A DNA stretch of 64,000 nucleotides from an uncultured Verrucomicrobiota bacterium (GTDB lineage Bacteria; Verrucomicrobiota; Kiritimatiellia; JAAZAB01): the NCBI GenBank assembly GCA_964444425.1, contig CAYUHK010000004.1, positions 12,837 to 76,836 on the forward strand. Direction: 5' to 3'. Of this stretch, positions 47,777 to 56,598 are shown in pieces. Positions within the stretch are counted from its first letter, which is position 1. The number at the start of each line of letters is the position of its first letter. The notes below the pieces were generated by a model. It saw only the letters and a program-made list of their open reading frames with translations. It was not told where the DNA came from and searched no databases. Both the position numbers and the translations under genes were made by a program.

Positions 47777-48803
47777 CTTTGCTCATCCTTATTGTTTTCT
47801 ATTGGGCTTGCCTTTAGCCTTGGCCGCCTGGTTTCTCTACAGCAGACGTGTTCGGCAGGCCATGCTGTTTGCGCCAACTCATCGCCTGCCGCGCGCACAG
47901 CGCTCCTGGCGCTTACGCACGCGCGCGGCCTTGCCGTTATTCTACCTCGCAGGATTGGCTTTATTGATCATCGCTTTGGCCCGTCCTCAGACGCTATTAT
48001 CCAGGAGCACTCACAGAACCAATGCCATTGCCATTCAGATGGTGGTGGATGTATCCGGCTCGATGGAGGCGCTAGATTTTTCAACCCGTGATCAACATCG
48101 TAGTCGCCTGGATGTAGTTAAAGAAACTTTTGTTAAATTCATAGAGCGGCGACCGGATGACCTGATCGGGCTAGTGACCTTCGGCGGATTTGCCACTAGT
48201 CGAGTCCCTTTAACCATTGATCACGGGATCCTACGACATGTCCTGCAAGGGATTCAGATCCCCAAGCCCAGCTTGAATTCCGCTGGGCAGGTGGCCAATC
48301 ATGAGGAGTTATTGACGGCTATCGGCGATGCTCTAGCGGTCGCCTGTGCGCGCTTAGAACAAAGCGTTGTTAAATCTAAAATAATCGTCCTTCTGAGCGA
48401 TGGCGAGTCTAACACTGGCTTGATAAAGCCGGAGGATGCCATGAAAGCGGCCAAGGCGCTGGGGATCAAGGTATATACCATTGGGATCGGATCCAATGGC
48501 CGGGCGCCCTTCATGGTTCAAGACCTGTTCGGCCGCAACGTGATTCAGTACGCGGAGGTGCGTATGGACGAAGATCTGCTTAAATCTATAGCTATAACTA
48601 CTGGCGGCCATTATTTCAATGTTACCAATCCCCAAGGATTGGATCAGGCCCTAGTCGAAATCAACAAGCTGGAAAAGACTGCAATCCACAGCCACGTGTA
48701 TAATCAATATAATGAATTATTTTTATGGCCTTTGTTGCTAGGGCTTTTGCTCTGCATCATGGCGGTTAGCGCAAATATGTTGATCTCCCGGCAATTGATT
48801 TAG
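47769..48803 (+). CDS. batA: vWA-domain membrane protein BatA
   Basis: 344 aa with N-terminal TM helices, vWA MIDAS motif DVSGSM, C-terminal TM. Confidence 0.75.
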   Translation: MFSFAHPYCFLLGLPLALAAWFLYSRRVRQAMLFAPTHRLPRAQRSWRLRTRAALPLFYLAGLALLIIALARPQTLLSRSTHRTNAIAIQMVVDVSGSMEALDFSTRDQHRSRLDVVKETFVKFIERRPDDLIGLVTFGGFATSRVPLTIDHGILRHVLQGIQIPKPSLNSAGQVANHEELLTAIGDALAVACARLEQSVVKSKIIVLLSDGESNTGLIKPEDAMKAAKALGIKVYTIGIGSNGRAPFMVQDLFGRNVIQYAEVRMDEDLLKSIAITTGGHYFNVTNPQGLDQALVEINKLEKTAIHSHVYNQYNELFLWPLLLGLLLCIMAVSANMLISRQLI

Positions 48804-48867
48804 GCGGATAATTTGTGTTAACGCTAGTTTAGAAACTAATGCTTAAAACCTATATTTTGGATTAGAT

Positions 48868-51723
48868 ATGCCGCTAGAATTTGCCAATGCTTGGATGCTA
48901 TATGCCCTCTGGTTAGTCCCCATTATCGGGCTGATTGGGCTGCGGCACCACCAGCGCGGCGCGCGGATCTTAGAGCAATTCATAGCGCCGGCCATGCACC
49001 GAACAATGTGTTCTCCGCCAGCGCGGCGGCGGTTTTATTGGCAGTGGGCTAGTCTGTTGTGCGGATGTCTGCTGGCTATCATGGCTGCCGCCCGGCCTCA
49101 ATGGGGATTACGGGAAGAGACTGTTATCCAGCGGGGCCGCGATCTGATTATCGCTCTGGACGTGTCGCGCTCCATGCTGGCTGAAGATGTGCACCCCAAT
49201 CGCCTGCAGCGCGCCAAGGCGGATATCCAAGATCTGTTGAGAGAACTACGTGGCGACCGCGTTGCGCTGGTGAGCTTCCGTGCTCGGGCGATTCTACTGT
49301 GTCCGCTAACGATTGATTATGCCTATCTGGAACAAATTCTAAGCACGCTGACGCCGGATTCAGCGCCTCGCGGCGAGACAGATATCGGCGATGCCATCCA
49401 AAAAGCCTTGGCTGCTTTCGAGTGTGACCAGGGCGCACATCAGGCTATCGTGCTTGTTTCCGATGGGGAGGACCTGGCCGGCCGCGGGCGCAAAATGGCT
49501 GAAGAAGCGCAAAAGAGAGGCATTGTTATCTTTACCGTTGGGCTTGGCGATCCGGATGGCGCCACCATACCAAGTCCCCTGAAAGAGACCGAAGCTATGC
49601 AATATCAAGGCCAAGAGGTGATCACTAGGCTGGAACACGAAACTTTAAAAAGCATTGCCGAAATGACCGGAGGAGTTTATGTGCCGGTTGGCACCTCCAA
49701 TGTTAAATTAGGGACCCTTTACCGCGATCATTTGAGCAGAATAGCAGCACAGGACTTTGCTGAATCAACTCAGCGACGCTATCACGATCGTTTCCAGTGG
49801 TTTCTAGGTCCCGCTTTGATTTTTCTACTAGCCGCAGCCTATCTGAGCCGTGGCCGCTTAGCTAAAACAGCCGTTTGTGTCAAAAGCAGCTCTCGTGGCT
49901 CATCCGCCGCGCCAGCAATCGTTGGGTTGTTCATAGGGCTAATTGGCAGCAGCATGGCCGCCAATGTGCTGGCTGCTTCCAATCTGGTCAGGCCCAGCCT
50001 GGTCACTGAATCTAACCAGGCTGCGCTTGCCGCTGGGCTAGCCCAAGCGGAGATCAAAGCGCTTCCCGGTTTAGCGGGCGCGCGCAATGGCCAGAAGCTT
50101 TATTTTCAGGGCAAATATCTAGAATCGGCGGCAGCCTATCTTCAGGCAGCTCAGACGGCGACCCGTCAATTACGTAATGATTTTATCTTCAACGCTGCCT
50201 GCGCTCTCTATCGTGCTGGTCATTATCAGGAGGCGGCTGATAAATTCAATGAAGCCGCTCTGCGCCAAGATACTAGTCGGACTGCAGCTGCTCATTATAA
50301 CAGTGGCTGCGCCTGTTTCCGGCTTGCCGAACAGCTGACAGGCGCCGCAGCTTCAAACCGCAATTATGCCGCAGCAACGGGGCTGTTTGAACGCGCCGGC
50401 CTGGAATTCCAGCGGGCCTTACGACTGGACCCCCAGCTATCATCGGCGCGTGCTAATTTGGCAGGCGTGGCTCAAATCTTGCCTACGGTGCGCCAGCAGG
50501 CCAAGCTTCAGGCGCTGCTGGAGAAATATGGCCAAGCCTCACCAGATCAAATTGCTGACGAGATGCTAATTGCTCAGCAAAGCATCCTGGCGGCTCTGCC
50601 AGCAGCTATAAGCAATGCTAGCCCCAGCCGTATTGCCATGTTGGAAGCTTTGAGCGAACGCCAATATCAAAACAGCGATTTATTGATTCCTTTGCAGGCT
50701 AGTCTTGCGGCCTTGGCTGCTCAGTCGGCCAGTAACGCGCCAACAAGCCAACAAATCCAGGAGCATTTAGAGGCCTTGCGCAATACCATGCTGCAATCAC
50801 GAGAAAGCCTGAGAAATCTGGATGAGGGCGCTTACACCTCTGCCGCCGCTGCCGAATCGGGTATTTATGCTTTCTGGAAAACCTTGGCATCTTTTTCGCA
50901 ACTTCTTCGTGAAGATATGCGCCAACAAACCAACTGCATTGTTATGACGGAAGGTATTTTGAACTCAGCCGCCGCGCGCGAGCGCCAGACTGTTTTAGCT
51001 CAACAGGAGGCAGCCGCACAACTGACGCAACTATTCAGCGAACGCTTCTCTCAAGCTGTTCCGCCCGAAGGCATCAGGGCGCCAACAAGCGTCGGGACGA
51101 ATCTAAGCTCTGCTCCAGCTAGTCAGGACGCAATAGCGTTGGGCAGCCTGGCGAGTCCAACCAACCTGCCGTTGGCTAAAGAGATAACTCCGGAACAGCG
51201 CAGGCGTATTTTAAGCCTGGCTCAGGCAGCTCAGACGTCTCAGGAGCAAGCTGGCCAACTAATAGCTAGCATCGATTTAGCAAAATCTCTGACTGAGCAG
51301 CAGGAGGCCTATGATCTTTTACAGGCCATCGCGGAGCTGTTGCCGCAGGAGCAGTCGGAGCAGCCAGTGCCGCAGGAGCAGTCGGAGCAGCCAGTGCCGC
51401 AGGAGCAGTCGGAGCAGCCAGCGCCGCAGGATCAACAGAGCGAGCAACCTCAGGAACGGGAAACGGAACAACAACCCGAACAATCTCAACAGGACCAGCA
51501 ACAAAATGAGGATCAAGGCTCATCCCAAGAAGCGCCTGCCCAACAACAGCCCGCTCAACCGACTGCTCCTGCTCAGCCGCCGCGCCAAGATGAGGAGATG
51601 TCTTTGGATCAAGCCAGGGCGCTTTTAGAGCAAGCCCAGCAGCGCGAAAAAGATCGGCGCGAGGAACAAGAACGTGCTCACGATCGCTATATCCCGCCGG
51701 CGCCGCTAGAGAGAGATTGGTAA
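48868..51723 (+). CDS. batB: vWA + TPR protein BatB, unusually long (951 aa) with acidic Q/E/P-rich repeat tail
   Basis: N-terminal TMs, vWA MIDAS DVSRSM, TPR-like region (YLQAAQTA...ALYRAGHYQEAADKFNEA), then a ~200-aa low-complexity tail including 3x PQEQSEQPV. Confidence 0.7.
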   Translation: MPLEFANAWMLYALWLVPIIGLIGLRHHQRGARILEQFIAPAMHRTMCSPPARRRFYWQWASLLCGCLLAIMAAARPQWGLREETVIQRGRDLIIALDVSRSMLAEDVHPNRLQRAKADIQDLLRELRGDRVALVSFRARAILLCPLTIDYAYLEQILSTLTPDSAPRGETDIGDAIQKALAAFECDQGAHQAIVLVSDGEDLAGRGRKMAEEAQKRGIVIFTVGLGDPDGATIPSPLKETEAMQYQGQEVITRLEHETLKSIAEMTGGVYVPVGTSNVKLGTLYRDHLSRIAAQDFAESTQRRYHDRFQWFLGPALIFLLAAAYLSRGRLAKTAVCVKSSSRGSSAAPAIVGLFIGLIGSSMAANVLAASNLVRPSLVTESNQAALAAGLAQAEIKALPGLAGARNGQKLYFQGKYLESAAAYLQAAQTATRQLRNDFIFNAACALYRAGHYQEAADKFNEAALRQDTSRTAAAHYNSGCACFRLAEQLTGAAASNRNYAAATGLFERAGLEFQRALRLDPQLSSARANLAGVAQILPTVRQQAKLQALLEKYGQASPDQIADEMLIAQQSILAALPAAISNASPSRIAMLEALSERQYQNSDLLIPLQASLAALAAQSASNAPTSQQIQEHLEALRNTMLQSRESLRNLDEGAYTSAAAAESGIYAFWKTLASFSQLLREDMRQQTNCIVMTEGILNSAAARERQTVLAQQEAAAQLTQLFSERFSQAVPPEGIRAPTSVGTNLSSAPASQDAIALGSLASPTNLPLAKEITPEQRRRILSLAQAAQTSQEQAGQLIASIDLAKSLTEQQEAYDLLQAIAELLPQEQSEQPVPQEQSEQPVPQEQSEQPAPQDQQSEQPQERETEQQPEQSQQDQQQNEDQGSSQEAPAQQQPAQPTAPAQPPRQDEEMSLDQARALLEQAQQREKDRREEQERAHDRYIPPAPLERDW
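51343..51423 (+). repeat. 3 x 27-bp tandem repeat inside batB
   Basis: CCGCAGGAGCAGTCGGAGCAGCCAGTG repeated three times (third copy has one mismatch), encoding PQEQSEQPV units. It produces artefactual ORFs on other frames. Confidence 0.85.
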
Positions 51724-51748
51724 AGATTTTGATATTTCGCTTCCCATA

Positions 51749-53716
51749 ATGCGAGTTTCATTCATAGGTAAACTTATAGAGTTTAGAGCCTGGACTATGG
51801 CTTGCGCTGGGCTGGGCCTATTGATGTTTCTGCCAACGACAGCAGCAGCACAGGAACTCAAGCTGCAAGTGGAAGCTAATCGGAGCCAAATTTATCTGGG
51901 CGAATCTTTCATTTTACAAGTAATAGTCAGCGGATCCAGTCAGCCCGCCTTGCCCAATCTATCCGCGATCAAAAACTGTACGATCAAATTGTTAGACAGT
52001 CGCGATATCAGCAATTACAGCATCACCATCATTAACGGGCGTTTGGTGAAGGAAGGCTTCAGTGGGCGAGTCGTTAGCTATGAAATCACACCAACCCTGG
52101 CTGGCCAATTGACGATTGGTCCAGTCTCGGTCGCAGTAGATGGTCAGCAGCTAAGCGAGCCTGGTCCCAGTGTCTTGGTAACCGACATAGAGCAACAGGA
52201 CCGGGTTATCATTTCCGTGACGTCTTCCCAAGCCACTGTGCTGGTTGATGAGCCATTTGAGATTACACTCAAAATCTTGATCCGCCGTTTGGCCGGCGCT
52301 TATGCTGATAGCGACCCTATTTTCATAGATCAGCCTCCGGACCTAACTGTGCCCTATCTTGCCGGCGAGGGCTTGGCAGGGCTTGCCTCACCTGATCTGC
52401 GGCGTATTTTAGAAGATCTATTGGTGGCGGCGCGCAATCAGCCTGGACTGGCTATCAATCATCTCAGCCTAGCGCCGGACCTTTTTGATTTTGATAGCTT
52501 CTTCCGGGAAATGGCTGGCCAGGGTCGCAAGGCTAAATTCATGCTGCCTCGGCGTGAGGCCCAACAGGATCATCAGCTTTATTTTGAATATAGTCTGACC
52601 GTGCCATTCGTTCCCCAGGATGAGAATAATTATGTATTTGGCCCAGTGGTCTTCAAGGGCACTGTGCCGACAGAGATCAGCTCACAAGGGCAAGCTAAAG
52701 GAATGCCAATATTTGCGGTAGGGCCTGCTTGTACGGTGCGTGTGGTTCCGCCACCTGAGGAAGGCCGCCCCTTGTCGTTTACTGGCGGCTTGGGCACGAA
52801 TTTGGCAGCAACAGCCGCGCTGGATGTTGTTGAAGGCAAAGTCGGTGATCCCTTGAAACTAACCTTGGCTTTATCAGGCCAAATTCGTTTCGATAAAATG
52901 TTGCCACCAAAACTTAACTTGCAAACGAATATCACTCGGCATTTTACCGTTTACGACGATACAGTACAAACCGTTAAGCAGGATAATCAACGTAAATATA
53001 TTTATATCCTGCGCCCTGATCATCCCGGATCATTTGAGCTCCCGCCAATTGAAATAGCCTATTACGATACGCAATGTCGTAAATATAAAACGATATCCAC
53101 TCAGCCGGTACCGATCACAATCATGCGTGGCGCGGAAGTATCGGCGGCTCAACTTATCGGGAATACCAATGTTTGGCGAGAAGCGCAGCCGGATTCAGAT
53201 GCTGCGACAATGCTGCCGGCGCCTATTCGTCCAGTGGCCGGAGGAGCTAATTCACAACCTCTAGGCAGCCGCGGACTCCTGGCAGCGGCTGCGGCAGGGC
53301 CATTGGTTTATCTTCTAGTTGTTCTGGCTGGTCTCATCCGCGAACACTATGGTCAATGGAGACAAGCCTCCCGCCGGCGGCTGGCTCTGCGTCATACTTT
53401 AAGGCATTTGCAGCTGGCCAAGCGGCAGGCGCAGCGCGAACCGGGCAAGGTCGGGCAGGTGATTCGTACGGCTATCTGTTATTACCTAACCAGCCGGCTG
53501 GCCGCTTGCGCCTCTAGTCTAACCCCTGATGATGTTCGCCGGCTGCTTTCAGAAGCCGATATTTCTCAACCGACTCGCGACGATCTTGTTGCTATCTTTG
53601 AACGATGTTTCAATGCAGACTATTCAAAGCAGAATTCAATCAGTCATGCTTTAGCCGCTGATGTCCATCAGGTTCGTCGCTTGTTGCAAACAATTGATGG
53701 CGAGATAAGATCATGA
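51749..53716 (+). CDS. batD: BatD-like oxygen-tolerance protein
   Basis: 655 aa with signal peptide, large extracytoplasmic region, C-terminal TM (LVYLLVVLAGLI) and cytoplasmic tail, in the canonical position after batB. Confidence 0.55.
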   Translation: MRVSFIGKLIEFRAWTMACAGLGLLMFLPTTAAAQELKLQVEANRSQIYLGESFILQVIVSGSSQPALPNLSAIKNCTIKLLDSRDISNYSITIINGRLVKEGFSGRVVSYEITPTLAGQLTIGPVSVAVDGQQLSEPGPSVLVTDIEQQDRVIISVTSSQATVLVDEPFEITLKILIRRLAGAYADSDPIFIDQPPDLTVPYLAGEGLAGLASPDLRRILEDLLVAARNQPGLAINHLSLAPDLFDFDSFFREMAGQGRKAKFMLPRREAQQDHQLYFEYSLTVPFVPQDENNYVFGPVVFKGTVPTEISSQGQAKGMPIFAVGPACTVRVVPPPEEGRPLSFTGGLGTNLAATAALDVVEGKVGDPLKLTLALSGQIRFDKMLPPKLNLQTNITRHFTVYDDTVQTVKQDNQRKYIYILRPDHPGSFELPPIEIAYYDTQCRKYKTISTQPVPITIMRGAEVSAAQLIGNTNVWREAQPDSDAATMLPAPIRPVAGGANSQPLGSRGLLAAAAAGPLVYLLVVLAGLIREHYGQWRQASRRRLALRHTLRHLQLAKRQAQREPGKVGQVIRTAICYYLTSRLAACASSLTPDDVRRLLSEADISQPTRDDLVAIFERCFNADYSKQNSISHALAADVHQVRRLLQTIDGEIRS

Positions 53717-54438
53717 GTAAAATCGTTGCATACTTAGCTGCTGTCAAGCATCTCTCAAAGGGTTGTTGGATAGCGCCGCCGCGTTGGCTAAATAATATAA
53801 GCTTGGTTCTATTCATACTGTTTATGGCAACTCTGCCAGCGCGGAGTATGGATGCATCTGAAGGAAGTTTCATTTGGAACGAGGCTAATGCGCTTATGGG
53901 TTCGGCCACGGCGGTAGAAGATTATTGGCGCGCTGCCCAAACCTACCAAAAGCTGGTTGATGCTGGCATTCGCAACGGCCCTTTATTCTATAATCTGGGA
54001 ACCGCCTTGCTTAAAGCCGAGCGCTATGCAGAGGCGTTGGATGCGCTCGCGCGCGCCGAGCGTTACTTAGGTTACCAAGCAGATATAGCCCACAATATGA
54101 AAATCGCTATGGGCGGAAAGCAAAAAACCTTAGGAGTCGAATGGCCCTGGTATAGAACCTTGTTGTTTTGGCATTTCACTTTGCCCAGCTCCATGCGCTT
54201 AGCCATTGCCACGATGTGCTTTACGTTATTTTGGCTGGCCTTAGCTTTGCGCCGCCTGGGGTTGGAGCGCGGGATAAACACCGTTATCATATTGGCCTTG
54301 CTGGCCTGCTTCGCTTTTGGATCCAGCGCTGCCACGACTTGGTATCAGGAAAATACAGCTCGTCGCTATATTCTGGATATTCCGGCTTTGCCGCTTCCAA
54401 ATAATCCCTGGCCCCCGCCGGCCGCGTCAGCATCGTAA
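53713..54438 (+). CDS. TPR-repeat membrane protein (BatC/BatE-like), last gene of the Bat operon
   Basis: 241 aa with TPR motif (YNLGTALLKAERYAEALDALARAERYLG) followed by TM helices. Start overlaps the batD stop (ATGA). Confidence 0.5.
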   Translation: MSKIVAYLAAVKHLSKGCWIAPPRWLNNISLVLFILFMATLPARSMDASEGSFIWNEANALMGSATAVEDYWRAAQTYQKLVDAGIRNGPLFYNLGTALLKAERYAEALDALARAERYLGYQADIAHNMKIAMGGKQKTLGVEWPWYRTLLFWHFTLPSSMRLAIATMCFTLFWLALALRRLGLERGINTVIILALLACFAFGSSAATTWYQENTARRYILDIPALPLPNNPWPPPAASAS

Positions 54439-54555
54439 ATAAATGTCAGGAGAGAGCCAGGCCAGGTTAAGCGCCTCTGACTCTCAACAGGAGAGGCAGG
54501 GGGCATTGCTGAGTTAAGCAATATGCTCGGATAGGATCTCGGTTCAACTTACCAG

Positions 54556-54598
54556 AACGCCTGCGGCAAGCGCGATTGGCTGCCGCAGGCGTTGTTTT
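54556..54598 (+). terminator. strong intrinsic terminator ending the Bat operon
   Basis: Perfect 13-bp stem AACGCCTGCGGCA / TGCCGCAGGCGTT with a 12-nt loop, followed by GTTTT. Confidence 0.6.
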
Positions 54599-54616
54599 AG
54601 GCATCTATTTTATTTG

Positions 54617-55591
54617 TTAGCGATAAAGAAAATAATAGGCCCATTGTAGGTAGTAATTATAGTAATAGTTAGCGTAAGAAGTATAGCCATAATACATGTA
54701 ATAACACCATAGAGCATAGCCGTAGTAATGGTAAGCATAGGCAAGATGCCGGTATGTCCTCGCATTATCATAATAATAATTGGCTAGCTTATAGTAATAG
54801 GCGAAATTGGTGGCATAGGTATAAAGATCATAATAATGCTTAGCATATTTAGCATAGTATTGGTAGGCTTGCGTCGCTAAAGAGCTATTGCCATGGTAGA
54901 GATAGTAGTAATAGTTGGCATAGGCATAGTATAAATAGGCGTTGTACAGGTAGTAGTATGATCCGGTTTTTTGGTAGTAGCTTAAATAGCTCATGGCCTG
55001 GTTATAATTTTGCCTATACCTGGTGTAGTTAGCCTCTGCGGCGCTGGCTTTAAGTGTCAGGGTATGGGTCCAAGTATGCCCGCCGGCTTTGCAAACCCAG
55101 TTATATGTATTAACGCTTGGGCCGTTGTCTGGCCAAGGATCGTTCAGATAGACAGATTTATTGGCGATTCCCCGTATAACCAGCATATGTCCGCCGCCGC
55201 CATCCCATCCCCAGCGAATGAGGACTGGACGCGACTGGGCTATTTCTGTTTGTAAACTGCTTAACGATAAAGCGGCAGCGTGGCTCTGGGTATCCAGTTT
55301 TCCAAAATGTTTAAGGATTAAGTCAGCTCCGCGCCTGCTGGAATCGGAGCCATAAAGGTAATTAGCTACATTTTTGCCGCCTACCGCCCATTTAGCAATA
55401 GCCGCTTGCGAATAGGAATAGCCTTTGAACAGCAGAACCATCTGAGAGCTAGCGCACCAACACCACTGATTTTTTTCTTGGTAACGTTGGGGCACGTTCA
55501 ATACGGCTCCTTGGCATAAATGAGCCGCCGCCAGCATAGCAACAACCAGGCCAGTTGCTATGGTTTTAGTAAAATGATGGCAAGGGTTCAT
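54617..55591 (-). CDS. secreted papain-like cysteine peptidase (C39-like domain) with extreme tyrosine-rich C-terminal tail
   Basis: 324 aa with signal peptide. Nucleophile region NQWCWCASSQMVLLFKG and His region GGGHMLVIRGIANKSVYLNDPW resemble the Peptidase_C39_2 fold. The last ~140 aa are ~40% Tyr (YYYLYNAYLYYAYANYYYYLY...). Confidence 0.55.
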   Translation of the reverse strand: MNPCHHFTKTIATGLVVAMLAAAHLCQGAVLNVPQRYQEKNQWCWCASSQMVLLFKGYSYSQAAIAKWAVGGKNVANYLYGSDSSRRGADLILKHFGKLDTQSHAAALSLSSLQTEIAQSRPVLIRWGWDGGGGHMLVIRGIANKSVYLNDPWPDNGPSVNTYNWVCKAGGHTWTHTLTLKASAAEANYTRYRQNYNQAMSYLSYYQKTGSYYYLYNAYLYYAYANYYYYLYHGNSSLATQAYQYYAKYAKHYYDLYTYATNFAYYYKLANYYYDNARTYRHLAYAYHYYGYALWCYYMYYGYTSYANYYYNYYLQWAYYFLYR

Positions 55592-55611
55592 AAAGTTTTT
55601 CTCCTCTTGGG

Positions 55612-56286
55612 TTATTTGGAAGATTTAATCGCGTTCTGAACGGTAGGCTTTAATTCTCCAACGGTAGCGGCTACCGTATCCAAAGTTGAATAATCTAGCT
55701 CAACGGCTGGCGTGGCTAGCGCGGCGCCGGCCGATGGGGCCTTTAGTGTGGATAGCTTAGTTAAGTTATAGGCATCCTTTTCGGGAACGGTAAACAAGTA
55801 TTGTTGGGCCTGATATACAGCTATTAATATAGGATGATAACCATCCGCTGCCTTCCATTGACGATTCAGCACTGCTAACTTTTGAGCTAAAACGGCATAT
55901 CCCAAGGATACCGCTTGCCATTGATTATCCTGCCGATCAACGACTAAAATCGCGCGTGCTTGTCCGGCGATCAGCACTGGAAAATACCAAGAGGTTGTTG
56001 GGCTGATTAATGATGCTACGGCCAAGCCCTCGCGATATTGATCTAAAGCTGCTGGTGTGATGGTATGCAATAGAAAAGGAGCAGCTAGCGTGGCTTTTTG
56101 TAGATCATCGCCACTACGAAACCCATATTGATCTAAGGCATCGCTGGAGATTTGATTTAGAAATGGAGCCAGACCCGCTTGAGCAGCCTGCTGAACATCA
56201 TTAGGAACATTCGGTGCGGCCAATAAGCAGGGGACAGCAAAAACCCCAATCGTTATTAACACGCTTAAAAATTTATATATTTGCAT
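55612..56286 (-). CDS. hypothetical secreted protein, co-transcribed upstream of the C39-like peptidase
   Basis: 224 aa with signal peptide (MQIYKFLSVLITIGVFAVPCLLAAP), no recognisable domain, 20-nt gap to the peptidase gene. Confidence 0.45.
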   Translation of the reverse strand: MQIYKFLSVLITIGVFAVPCLLAAPNVPNDVQQAAQAGLAPFLNQISSDALDQYGFRSGDDLQKATLAAPFLLHTITPAALDQYREGLAVASLISPTTSWYFPVLIAGQARAILVVDRQDNQWQAVSLGYAVLAQKLAVLNRQWKAADGYHPILIAVYQAQQYLFTVPEKDAYNLTKLSTLKAPSAGAALATPAVELDYSTLDTVAATVGELKPTVQNAIKSSK

Positions 56287-56598
56287 AACAAATTTCCTCT
56301 TGGTTTGTTTAGGTTGTCCACATAATCCAGCCTGATATTAAATATTTCCTCCAAGTAAGGCTAGTGCTTTTATATTCTAGCCGGTTAAGGACTATATTCC
56401 AAGATAAAAAATATCCCTAATTTGAGCTCTAATATCAACATCTTTTTAAGAATCGAGTCTTGAGGGCGCTTAGCTTATGCATAATTATGGCTAATTTTGG
56501 GTACATAAGCCTGTTTTGAGCATAATTGGCCATTAAACAGGTTCTTCATTTTAAAGCAGATTTCCGCATACTAGGTTTTAAGGAAATACTTTTTTTAT

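Noticed and set aside
51311-51628. ORFs on alternative frames/strands through the batB repeat region (51311..51628 +, 51319..51516 -, 51266..51523 -)
   Set aside because: They are generated by the 27-bp tandem repeats and low-complexity sequence inside batB. Their products are pure low-complexity (SSRSSQCRR..., LLRLLLRHW...).
54617-55040. Periodic ATA/GTA-rich DNA that looked like a possible repeat array or CRISPR
   Set aside because: It is the coding sequence, on the minus strand, of the Tyr-rich protein tail (TAT/TAC codons). It has no regular spacer/repeat unit structure and is in frame with an upstream catalytic domain.
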